A DNA stretch of 64,000 nt, from the NCBI GenBank assembly GCA_949288805.1, contig CASELL010000003.1, forward strand, positions 1,789 through 65,788, given 5' to 3'. Made by a program: the position numbers and the translations under genes. Numbering within the stretch: the first letter of the stretch is position 1; each line of letters opens with the position of its first letter. Below the pieces are notes generated by a model. The model did not search any database and had not been told where the DNA came from. It saw only the letters and a program-made list of their open reading frames with translations. The stretch is from an uncultured Alphaproteobacteria bacterium (GTDB lineage: Bacteria; Pseudomonadota; Alphaproteobacteria; Rickettsiales; UBA1997). Below, piece by piece: positions 10,701-17,942 of the stretch.

Positions 10701-11225
10701 ACAGGTGGACAAGCTTCAAAAGCTACTAATATGGGTGCTTCTGCTAAATTTGCTGTAAATGGAAAACCAACATTCAAAAAAGATCTTGGTGCTATTGCTA
10801 GAACATATGGTAATGTTTATATAGCACAAGTTGCTATTAGAGCAAATCCAATGCAAGCAATGAAAGCAATTAAAGAAGCTGAAGCTTATAATGGTCCATC
10901 AATTATAATTGCTTACTCTTCTTGTATAGCTCATGGCGCTCCATTAGAAACAAGCTTCACTCAACAAAAAAACGCTGTTGAAAGTGGTATGTGGTTATTA
11001 TATAGATATAATCCAGATTTATTAGCACAAGGAAAATCTCCAATGCAATTAGATTGTAAAGAACCTAAATTAGATTTATTGGAAACTTTCTTATATGCTG
11101 AAACTAGATATAGTTATATAAAGAAAACTAACCCAGAATATGCTAGTCAAGCTGTTGAACACTTGAAAGAACATATTACTAAAAAATGGAAAGAATATAA
11201 ATTATATGCAGATAATGCATTATAG
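7722..11225 (+). CDS. nifJ: Pyruvate:ferredoxin (flavodoxin) oxidoreductase, single-polypeptide type
   Basis: 1167 aa. It has two 4Fe-4S motifs (CISCGQCVLACP, CTGCSICVLACP) and the TPP-binding motif GGDGWAYDIGFGG. Domain order is typical of PFOR. Confidence 0.96.
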   Translation: MSKFQKLPIDGNEAVARIAYKMSDVFTIYPITPSSPMGELADQFSAKGDKNIFGLKPSVTEMQSEAGAVGAMHGALQTGSLASTFTCSQGLLLMIPNMYKIAGELTPCVMHIAARSLAAQGLSIFGDHQDVMSVRQTGFAMISSGSVQEAHDTALIAHLATLKSKVPFINFFDGFRTSHEINKIELIDDETIKSLIEDKYIIEHRNRSLRPDEPVMRGTAQNPDVYFQGREVSNKLYNEIPSIVQEYFDKFAKLTGRQYHLFDYYGSKDAERVIVILGSGVQAVKETIETLNNEKIGVLQVRLYRPFSAKDFVKAIPSTCKKIAVLDRTKEPGSLGEPLYLDVVSALHEEGRNNIEVIGGRYGLSSKEFTPPMVKAIFDELNKSNPKKHFTVGIKDDVTNLSLDYSSDFAIKNNDVKEAIFFGLGSDGTVGANKNSIKIICDREEYYGQAYFVYDSKKSGSITESHLRFGKNKIDSTYLVQKADFIGCHQFTFLFKIDILGRIKNGGTLLLNTHYSKDEVWDRLPKVVQQTIIDKNVKLYVIDAYEVAEKAKMGARINTIMQTCFFKLANVIPAEEAIEEIKKAIVKTYSKKGQEIVDNNIKAVDGSLANLYEVNYPKNITSNIELDKSVTDDAPEFVKDFTAKIIAGKGEEIKVSEMSLDGTFPTDTTKYEKRNIADKIAVWDQSKCISCGQCVLACPHSCLEAKEYTDDQIKNAPSCFKFKEVLGDKTGTKRYTIQISPEDCTGCSICVLACPVDALSMQHKHEVIDNEKTSKKFFDTIKGNEVADPNNIKDIQYKDSLFKYSGACAGCGETPYLSLITKLFGDRMVVANATGCSSIYGGNLPTTPWSKNKEGRGPAWSNSLFEDNAEFGLGFKLSQETQRDEAIDLLNNLKAEIGEDLVNAIIENYGKNKDQEIKDQRERVQAVKDKLAKINTFEAKHLIAIIDVMVERSVWIIGGDGWAYDIGFGGLDHVIASGKNVNILVMDTEVYSNTGGQASKATNMGASAKFAVNGKPTFKKDLGAIARTYGNVYIAQVAIRANPMQAMKAIKEAEAYNGPSIIIAYSSCIAHGAPLETSFTQQKNAVESGMWLLYRYNPDLLAQGKSPMQLDCKEPKLDLLETFLYAETRYSYIKKTNPEYASQAVEHLKEHITKKWKEYKLYADNAL

Positions 11226-11234
11226 TTTATAATT

Positions 11235-11260
11235 AAAGGTGGAGTTAACTCCACCTTTTT
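11235..11260 (+). terminator. Rho-independent terminator after nifJ
   Basis: aaaggtggag-ttaa-ctccaccttt stem-loop followed by a T run, 10 nt after the nifJ stop. Confidence 0.85.
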
Positions 11261-11277
11261 AATTAATAATTAAAAAT

Positions 11278-12195
11278 ATGACAAAGATTATAATTACTTT
11301 TAATGAAAACTCTAATGTGGAACTTTTTCTTAATAATATAAACATATTAGAAAGAATTAAAGATGGTGTTTTATTGTGTGAAAATAAACAATTATCTTAT
11401 AAAGAATTAAGTAATTATATTAGAAACAACAATCTTTTTGTTAGACATATACAACCAGCAGACATTATTAATAATAGTTTTGATTTTAGTAATCTACTAG
11501 ATAAAAATAAAACATATTCTATACAAATAAGGGATAGAAATATAGAATTATATAATAAAATAAAAAGTTATCTTAATAATTTTAAAGAAGATGTAAAGAA
11601 TCCAGAGCAAGTTATATCAATTACTGAACATAATGGTATCTTATATGGTGGAATTAGTGAAACAAGGTATAATTTATCAAAATGGATGAGTGGAGAATGT
11701 AGATATAATGTAAAAGATTTAATATCAAGAGCAGAATTAAAATTAATTGAAGCCATTGAAGTTTTTAATATAGATATTAAAAAATATAAAACAGCTATTG
11801 ATCTTGGTTGTGCCCCTGGTGGTTGGAGTAAAGTTTTGCTTGATAATAATATAAAAGTTATTGGCATTGATCCAGCAAATATTGATAGTAGAGTTTTGAA
11901 TAATAAAAACTTTACACATTTCAAAGGTAAAGTAGAAAACTTTAAAAATAAAGAAGTTTTTGACTTAATAGTTAATGATATGAAAATGGATTTTAAAAAA
12001 TCTATTGATATTACAAAAAAATTACTAAAAAACTTGAATAGTAATTCAGTTATTATAATGACAATAAAATTATATAAAAAAGACGATATTATAGAAAGTT
12101 TAAAATATCTTAAAAATAATTTTACAATACTACAAAAAAGACAGCTATATCATAATAGAAACGAATATACAGTATTAATAAAAATAAATAATTAA
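11278..12195 (+). CDS. FtsJ-fold SAM-dependent RNA 2'-O-methyltransferase, RlmM-like
   Basis: 305 aa. SRAELKLIEAIEVF...AIDLGCAPGGWSKVLL...VNDM parallels E. coli RlmM SRSTLKLEEAF...AVDLGACPGGWT...CDM. Confidence 0.6.
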   Translation: MTKIIITFNENSNVELFLNNINILERIKDGVLLCENKQLSYKELSNYIRNNNLFVRHIQPADIINNSFDFSNLLDKNKTYSIQIRDRNIELYNKIKSYLNNFKEDVKNPEQVISITEHNGILYGGISETRYNLSKWMSGECRYNVKDLISRAELKLIEAIEVFNIDIKKYKTAIDLGCAPGGWSKVLLDNNIKVIGIDPANIDSRVLNNKNFTHFKGKVENFKNKEVFDLIVNDMKMDFKKSIDITKKLLKNLNSNSVIIMTIKLYKKDDIIESLKYLKNNFTILQKRQLYHNRNEYTVLIKINN

Positions 12196-12334
12196 TTATA
12201 TATTAAATTATGTTATATTTTGAAACAAAAATTAATATATATATATAATCATTATTATTTGTTTTATAATTTTATTAGTATTTATTAAAAGTTGTATTAT
12301 AATTTTTTTGGAAAAAATAACAATTAAAAAAAAT

Positions 12335-12962
12335 ATGAAAAAATATTTTCAATAACATTATTAAGTTTTTTACTTTTAGTAAATAACTCTTTTGCAAAAC
12401 ATAATTTCTATATTGGTACTAATATCCAACATACAAATTATGATTTAAATATAATTATAATGACGATAATGGTATAACAAAAAATAAAGGTGTTTTTTCT
12501 GATGATAAAGTATTATCAGGAATAAGTGTCGGTGCTAGATTTTATTTCATGGATACTAAAATATTTATATCTCCAGAATTAATTATTAATATTTCAAATA
12601 ATATTGCTGAAGAAGTTGATGCATCAACTTTAAACAAAACAAGCATAAAAGAATTAGTTTCAAATAATTTAAAATTTGGATATGACCTTAAAGAAAAACT
12701 ATCTGTTTTTGTTTTAGTTGGAGGTTCATTAATGAAAAATACAGTATTTAAAAACAATTATTCTGGTTCCAATTTTATAGAAGATGAATTCCAAACAATT
12801 AATATTGGTTTCGGATTTGAATATTTTATAAAAAACAATATAGCGTTTGGTTTATCTTGGGTTATGAAAAATTCACTTAAAGAAGAATATGTTGGACCAT
12901 ATTATGAAGAATTTGAATCTTCTATGGATTCTATAATTTTTTCTATAAATTCATATTTTTAA
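12335..12962 (+). pseudogene. Outer-membrane beta-barrel protein gene with two frameshifts
   Basis: ATG at 12335 hits TAA after 6 codons. The signal peptide KIFSITLLSFLLLVNNSFA-KHNFYIGTN is readable one frame over, consistent with a one-base change in the A6 run at 12338-12343. That frame stops at 12475-12477. The remainder is track ORF 12549-12962, which is open from 12444 and ends in the OMP-type ...SINSYF. Confidence 0.7.
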
Positions 12963-12979
12963 TTATATAAAAAATATAC

Positions 12980-13017
12980 AAACTTGTTTAAGTTTATAAA
13001 TTTAAACAAGTTTTTTT
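12980..13017 (+). terminator. Rho-independent terminator after the OMP pseudogene
   Basis: aaacttgtttaa / ttaaacaagttt 12-bp stem followed by a T7 run. Confidence 0.7.
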
Positions 13018-13063
13018 GATTGATAATTTAAATATTATCAATATTCTATACTAAACTAAAATT

Positions 13064-13545
13064 ATTAAAAAATATCTTATTTTTATTAACAATAAATAAT
13101 TCTTTACTAAAACTTTTATATTAGTAATAATTTTAAACACACCAATCACAATATAATAGCTACATATAAATAGAGATAATTGATAACCTATATTATATAG
13201 AAACAAACAAAAAAATTAATTTTTTGTTTGGAATTAATGTTGAATATAAATATTATTATAAACCAAGCTTATTGGTATTACAAGAATTTAATATTAATTT
13301 ATTAAATACAACTTTTAATAACAAAATGTATTAAAAAATTATTAAAATATCTTTTAAAAAACAAAAAGAAATAACTACAGATATTTGTTTTAGTATTAAA
13401 TATTATCTTAACAATAAGATATCTCTCGATGCTTCATATATATTAAAAAAACTTTTCTTATTATATCAATAGCATGAATTACGAAACACTGAGTATGGAC
13501 AACATAATATCATTGCTTGATTTTGGTTTAAACTATTATTTTTAA
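13064..13545 (+). pseudogene. Heavily eroded tandem paralog of the upstream OMP gene
   Basis: Similarity to copy 1 is colinear. The start is attaaaaaatatc versus atgaaaaaatatt. The signal-peptide end is taaataattctttactaaaac versus taaataactcttttgcaaaac. The peptide GINVEYKYYYKPSLLVLQEFNINLLN parallels GISVGARFYFMDTKIFISPELIINISN. The C-terminal remnant is ...LLDFGLNYYF-stop (13543-13545). Multiple stops occur in all frames. Confidence 0.5.
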
Positions 13546-13559
13546 AAATTTAATTACAT

Positions 13560-13592
13560 AAAAAAACTACACTTTTATAAGTGTAGTTTTTT
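13560..13592 (-). terminator. Bidirectional hairpin terminator downstream of rbr
   Basis: aaaaaactacactt-ttat-aagtgtagtttttt is a perfect stem flanked by A and T runs, 18 nt after the rbr stop. Confidence 0.8.
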
Positions 13593-13609
13593 ATTACTTT
13601 ATAATAAAA

Positions 13610-14188
13610 TTAATATAATTTTTCATTTAATTCAATAAAGTATTCTTGTTTGTGGTTACAAGCAGGGCACACTAATGGAGCTTCAGCAGAAGCAACATGA
13701 TAACCACAATTTGTACATTTCCAAACAACTAGACCAGCTTTTTTGAATAATCCTTGTTTGTTTAAATCTTCAATAAGTTTATTGAATCTTTCTTCGTGAT
13801 AAGTTTCAGCAGTAGCTATATTTTCAAAAGCCTTAGCTATAACTTCAAAACCTTCATCTCTAGCTATTTTAGCAAATTCTGGATACATGTCGGCCCATTC
13901 TTCATGTTCACCATTAGCTGCTGCAACAAGATTTTCCATTGTTGTTCCAATTTTTCCTGCTGGGAAGGTAGCTGTAATTTCTAACATGTCACCTTCTTCT
14001 AAAAACTTAAAAAATCTTTTAGCATGTTCTTTCTCATGATTAGCTGTTTCTTCAAAAATAGCAGCTATTGTAGGATATCCTTCTTTTTTTGCTACACTAG
14101 CAAAATAAGTATATCTATTTCTAGCTTGAGATTCACCAGCAAAAGCTTTCATTAAATTTTCTTTTGTTTTGGTTCCTTCTAATTTCAT
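13610..14188 (-). CDS. rbr: Rubrerythrin
   Basis: 192 aa with an N-terminal ferritin-like diiron domain (EsqARNRY, EHAK, EEW motifs) and a C-terminal rubredoxin-like CTNCGY...CPACNH. Confidence 0.95.
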   Translation of the reverse strand: MKLEGTKTKENLMKAFAGESQARNRYTYFASVAKKEGYPTIAAIFEETANHEKEHAKRFFKFLEEGDMLEITATFPAGKIGTTMENLVAAANGEHEEWADMYPEFAKIARDEGFEVIAKAFENIATAETYHEERFNKLIEDLNKQGLFKKAGLVVWKCTNCGYHVASAEAPLVCPACNHKQEYFIELNEKLY

Positions 14189-14218
14189 TTTTATTTGTTA
14201 ATTGTTAAAACTATCGAA

Positions 14219-14246
14219 ATAATATTGCTCTTTTTTTAATAGTCAA
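14219..14246 (-). promoter_or_regulatory. Candidate sigma70 promoter for rbr (TTGACT-N16-TATTAT)
   Basis: On the minus strand the -35 ttgact is at 14241-14246 and the -10 tattat at 14219-14224, about 30 nt upstream of the rbr ATG. The AT-rich background makes chance matches likely. Confidence 0.35.
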
Positions 14247-14329
14247 TATTTAAATAATTAATAAATATATTTTATTGTTTTTTATTTTTTATATATTAAA
14301 ATCAACTAAGAAATATTGTCATTAAATTT

Positions 14330-15676
14330 ATGCTAAAAATAAGAAAAAATCTAAATTTAAATAATAATAATTTAAAAGAAATAAATCTATCTGGAGATAT
14401 ATTAATATCGAAATTAATATTATTAGTAGCCAGTTTGTGTGATGGTATATCTACAATAAAAAATATATCTGTATCGAAAGATATTATATTATTAGAAAAT
14501 ATATTAAAAAACTTTGGTATAAACATAATTAATAATGATAACACGTTGGTGAATGGTCTAAATATTAAAAAATGGAAACAGCCGAGTAATTTTATTGATT
14601 TTGAGAAATTGGTTGATATACTTTTTTATATGTTAAATATATTATCAAAAACTAATTTTAAAACTTTTATTACTATGAATGAAAATTTGTTAAATATTAA
14701 TTTTGATAATTTAAGTTATTTACAATCAAACAATAATTTGGTTTTTAGGGATAAACATACTCTCCCGGTGTTAGTTAATGGAACTTCGGATTTTAAAAAA
14801 AATAAAATAGATGTTGATAATACAATTGATAAATATTCCATAATATTTAATGCAATTGCTAATAATTATGATTGTTTAATTAATGAAAAAGAATTAAAAG
14901 AAGAATACCTTGAATCAATAATAAGATATTTTGGTTTTAACATAAAAGAAAAGCTTTCGGAAGCTAGAAATATATTAAATAAAGACTGTAAAAAAAGCAA
15001 AGAAATATTGATTTTATCAAATAAAGAGAAAATAACCGGAAAAGAATTTGTTGTTCCTGCGTCACAGCTAGAAGCTTCTTATGTTTTGTTCTTATCTTCG
15101 ATTTTGGGGGTTAAAGAATTATTAATACCAAATATAGCATTAAATGAACTAAATACGGACATTGTAAAAACACTGTCAGACAATGGTCTTAATATAACTT
15201 ATAAAAATCAAAAGATAGTAAATAACTTAAAGGTTTTAGATATACACTTTAAAGAAAGTATATTAAATGAGGTTTCTGTATCTGAAAAAAGATTGTCAAA
15301 CATAATTGATGATCTTCCTCTTATTATAATGTTAAATGTTTTAAAAAAGAATAAAATAAACATAGTTGGAATAAAAGAATTAAAATTAAAAAATAATAGA
15401 AATTATGTAGAATTCTTAAATATAATAAAATCTATTAATGTTTCCGCAATAGAAAATAAAAATATATTAGAAATCAATCCAGAAGCGTTATCTATACCAG
15501 ACAATCCAATTTTATTAGACGAAATAGATGGAATTACCAACAAAACAAAATTAGTTTTGTTTTTAAGTAATATAGCTCTTTCTAAAAATGTTTTTGAATT
15601 AAATGATAGAGAAGTTTTTGATGTATTTCCAAATATATATGGAGTTTTAGAACAATTAAATTTAGAAATAGAATGA
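14330..15676 (+). CDS. EPSP-synthase-fold protein (AroA-like), highly divergent with catalytic motifs not conserved
   Basis: 448 aa, the normal AroA length. LSGDILISKLILLVASLCDGISTIKN aligns with PGDKSISHRALLLAALAEG.T.I.N. VPASQLEASYVLFLSSIL aligns with VPGD.SSAAF. LKLKNNRNY sits in the place of LR.KESDR. Confidence 0.5.
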   Translation: MLKIRKNLNLNNNNLKEINLSGDILISKLILLVASLCDGISTIKNISVSKDIILLENILKNFGINIINNDNTLVNGLNIKKWKQPSNFIDFEKLVDILFYMLNILSKTNFKTFITMNENLLNINFDNLSYLQSNNNLVFRDKHTLPVLVNGTSDFKKNKIDVDNTIDKYSIIFNAIANNYDCLINEKELKEEYLESIIRYFGFNIKEKLSEARNILNKDCKKSKEILILSNKEKITGKEFVVPASQLEASYVLFLSSILGVKELLIPNIALNELNTDIVKTLSDNGLNITYKNQKIVNNLKVLDIHFKESILNEVSVSEKRLSNIIDDLPLIIMLNVLKKNKINIVGIKELKLKNNRNYVEFLNIIKSINVSAIENKNILEINPEALSIPDNPILLDEIDGITNKTKLVLFLSNIALSKNVFELNDREVFDVFPNIYGVLEQLNLEIE

Positions 15677-16485
15677 TTAAAATATCAACATGGAATGTTA
15701 ATTCAATTAGATCTAGACTAAATAGTCTTGATTATTTTATTAAAAATAGCAATCCAGATATAATTTTATTACAAGAATTAAAATGTACTGACGAACAATT
15801 TCCACAATTGGAATTGTCTCAATATAATTATAATATAATTTTAAAAGGTCAAAAAGCATATAATGGAGTTGCTATCTTATCAAAATATCCACTATATGAT
15901 GTAAAATATGATTTACCATTATACAATCTAGTAGATAAAGATGAAGATTCTAGATATATTGAGGCAAGAGTTGATATTAATGGCAAAACATTAAAAATTG
16001 CTTCAATTTATGTTCCTAATGGTGGAACAACAGAAGATGTAAAAGATATTACTGAAACAGAAAAATTTTATAATAAAATAAAGTTTTATAGAAGATTAAA
16101 GGAACGTTTTAAATTAGATATTAAAAATAAAGAAATGGTTATATATGGTGGAGATTTTAATACCTGCCCACAATTAATAGATATGTACAGTATTAAAAAA
16201 GATGGAGATATTTGTTGTAATATAAAAGAAAGAGTTGAGTTTGAAAAAATATTAAATATTGGACTATACGATTTATTTAGAAAGTTTTATAAAGAAAATA
16301 AAGAATATAGTTGGTGGGGTTATAGAGCTAAAAGCTGGGAAAAAAATCTTGGTTTAAGAATAGATGCTTTATTAACTAGTGATGATCTAATAAATAATAT
16401 TACTGATTGTTTTGTTGAAAAGAATATTAGAGAATTAGAAAAACCATCAGATCATGTACCAATGACTTGTTTAATTAATTTATAG
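15673..16485 (+). CDS. xthA: Exodeoxyribonuclease III (AP endonuclease)
   Basis: 270 aa with ISTWNVNS, LQELK, SDHVP motifs. ATGA overlap with the upstream gene. Confidence 0.92.
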   Translation: MIKISTWNVNSIRSRLNSLDYFIKNSNPDIILLQELKCTDEQFPQLELSQYNYNIILKGQKAYNGVAILSKYPLYDVKYDLPLYNLVDKDEDSRYIEARVDINGKTLKIASIYVPNGGTTEDVKDITETEKFYNKIKFYRRLKERFKLDIKNKEMVIYGGDFNTCPQLIDMYSIKKDGDICCNIKERVEFEKILNIGLYDLFRKFYKENKEYSWWGYRAKSWEKNLGLRIDALLTSDDLINNITDCFVEKNIRELEKPSDHVPMTCLINL

Positions 16486-16492
16486 GTTTTAT

Positions 16493-16954
16493 ATGAAAAT
16501 ATTATTATATCAACCAGATATAGCAGGTAATGTTGGAACTATAATTAGAATGGCTGTTTGTTTTGACATTGAATTAAATATAATTGAGCCATGTGGCTTT
16601 CCTTTCGATGAAGATAAAATAGTAAAAAGATCCGCTATGGACTATTTTAAATTTGTAAAATTAAAAAGATATGACTCTTTTGAAAGTTTTAAAGAAAATA
16701 ATAAAGATTGTAGAATAATTTTATTAACCACAAAATCTTCTATGCCTTATTATGATTTTAAGTTTGAAGAAAATGATGTAATTATGGTAGGAAGAGAAAG
16801 TGCTGGTGTTCCAGAAGAAATACATAATAATGTAGATAATAGATTATTAATTCCTATGAAGAATGGTGCTAGATGTTTAAATGTGGCAGTTAGTTTATCA
16901 ATAGTAGTTAGTGAATGTTTAAAACAATGTAAATTATTTAAAAAAGATTGCTAA
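16493..16954 (+). CDS. trmL: tRNA (cytidine/uridine-2'-O)-methyltransferase TrmL (SpoU family)
   Basis: 153 aa. ILLYQPDIAGNVGTIIRM and GRESAGVPEE...IPM are typical of TrmL. Confidence 0.88.
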   Translation: MKILLYQPDIAGNVGTIIRMAVCFDIELNIIEPCGFPFDEDKIVKRSAMDYFKFVKLKRYDSFESFKENNKDCRIILLTTKSSMPYYDFKFEENDVIMVGRESAGVPEEIHNNVDNRLLIPMKNGARCLNVAVSLSIVVSECLKQCKLFKKDC

Positions 16955-16968
16955 AAGCAATCTTTTTT
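16941..16968. terminator. Bidirectional terminator between convergent trmL and dut
   Basis: aaaagattgc-taaaa-gcaatctttt hairpin with flanking A and T runs. The trmL stop codon lies in the loop. Confidence 0.75.
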
Positions 16969-16970
16969 AT

Positions 16971-17414
16971 TTATTTTCTAGTTCCAGTAGAACCAAAGCC
17001 ACCATCACCTCTTTCTGTATTATCTAATTCTTCTACAACTTCAATGTCTGCTTTTTCATATTTTGCTATAACCATTTGAGCTATTCTTGATAGATGTTCT
17101 ACTTTATAATCTTCATTACCACAATTCATTAAAATAATACCTATTTCACCTCTATAATCAGAATCCACAGTACCAGGGGAGTTTAAAACTATAATACCAT
17201 TTTTTAAAGATAGTCCGGATCTAGATCTAATTTGCGCTTCATAACCATCAGGTAAAGACATAGCTAGTCCAGTCTTAAATAATTTTATTTCTCCTTTTTT
17301 TAAAATATATTCTTCTGTATCCAATAGAACATTTAAGTCAAAACCAGCAGAGCCTGTTGTTTTATATTCAGGAATAATTGCTCTACTATCTAATTTTTTA
17401 AATTGTATTTTCAT
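16971..17414 (-). CDS. dut: dUTP diphosphatase
   Basis: 147 aa with GSAGFDL, RSRSGL, GTVDSDYRGEI, RGDGGFGSTG motifs. Confidence 0.95.
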   Translation of the reverse strand: MKIQFKKLDSRAIIPEYKTTGSAGFDLNVLLDTEEYILKKGEIKLFKTGLAMSLPDGYEAQIRSRSGLSLKNGIIVLNSPGTVDSDYRGEIGIILMNCGNEDYKVEHLSRIAQMVIAKYEKADIEVVEELDNTERGDGGFGSTGTRK

Positions 17415-17523
17415 AAAATTATACTATTTTTTATCAAAAAAATAATATTTTTTATTTTAAAAAAAGCAAGATTATAAATAGATACAAAAAAACTAGCGTC
17501 ATCAGCTAGTAATTTTATTTTAG

Positions 17524-17598
17524 TGGCTCCACAAGTAGGGCTCGAACCTACGACCGATCGGTTAACAGCCGATTGCTCTACCACTGAGCTATTGTGGA
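17524..17598 (-). tRNA. tRNA-Asn (anticodon GUU), CCA encoded
   Basis: Full cloverleaf read by hand: acceptor TCCACAA/TTGTGGA, D stem GCTC/GAGC, anticodon stem ATCGG/CCGAT with loop CTGTTAA, T stem GTAGG/CCTAC with loop TTCGAGC. It forms a local GC spike. Confidence 0.95.
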
Positions 17599-17610
17599 AC
17601 AACTGCAATC

Positions 17611-17638
17611 ATTATAATTTACATTTTTAAAATGTCAA
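17611..17638 (-). promoter_or_regulatory. Consensus sigma70 promoter for tRNA-Asn (TTGACA-N16-TATAAT)
   Basis: On the minus strand ttgaca is at 17633-17638 and tataat at 17611-17616. The -10 ends 12 nt upstream of the mature tRNA 5' end. Confidence 0.65.
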
Positions 17639-17662
17639 GAAAAAAATATTAAAAAAATAAAA

Positions 17663-17694
17663 AAAGATAGTTGATTTAATAATCAACTATCTTT
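17663..17694 (-). terminator. Orphan terminator-like hairpin upstream of the tRNA-Asn promoter
   Basis: aaagatagttga-tttaataa-tcaactatcttt is a 12-bp stem. A T-rich run follows on the minus strand (17641-17662). No upstream minus-strand gene is evident. Confidence 0.4.
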
Positions 17695-17886
17695 CGTACA
17701 AAGGAGGCACTTTTAATTATAAAAACTAGTTTTTAAAATACAAGTATTAATTGTAATTTTTATTTTTATAAACTAATGGTATATATTAATAATATTTTAT
17801 ACAATTAAGCTTATATTGTATTTATAAAAATTACAAAATAAAATTTCAGAAAATTTTTTATTACTATAAAATTTTTTCAATATATG

Positions 17887-17914
17887 TTGACTTTAAAATA
17901 ATATTTAGTAAAAT
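17887..17914 (+). promoter_or_regulatory. Candidate sigma70 promoter for add (TTGACT-N16-TAAAAT)
   Basis: ttgact is at 17887-17892 and taaaat at 17909-17914, about 29 nt upstream of the ATG at 17943. Confidence 0.4.
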
Positions 17915-17942
17915 AAATAAAATAATAACAAAATAAAGAGAT

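Noticed and set aside
14302-14544. 80-aa minus-strand track ORF upstream of and overlapping the AroA-like gene
   Set aside because: It overlaps the rbr/aroA-like intergenic region and the 5' end of the plus-strand ORF. Its product is an Ile/Phe/Asn low-complexity string with no SD.
17411-17608. 65-aa track ORF on the minus strand
   Set aside because: It is simply a translation through the tRNA-Asn gene and its flanks. The tRNA cloverleaf explains the sequence.
17700-17712. Perfect aaggagg Shine-Dalgarno-like sequence in the intergenic region
   Set aside because: No ATG, GTG or TTG lies within 5-12 nt downstream and the frame closes immediately. This may be chance or a relic. I did not call a gene or sRNA.
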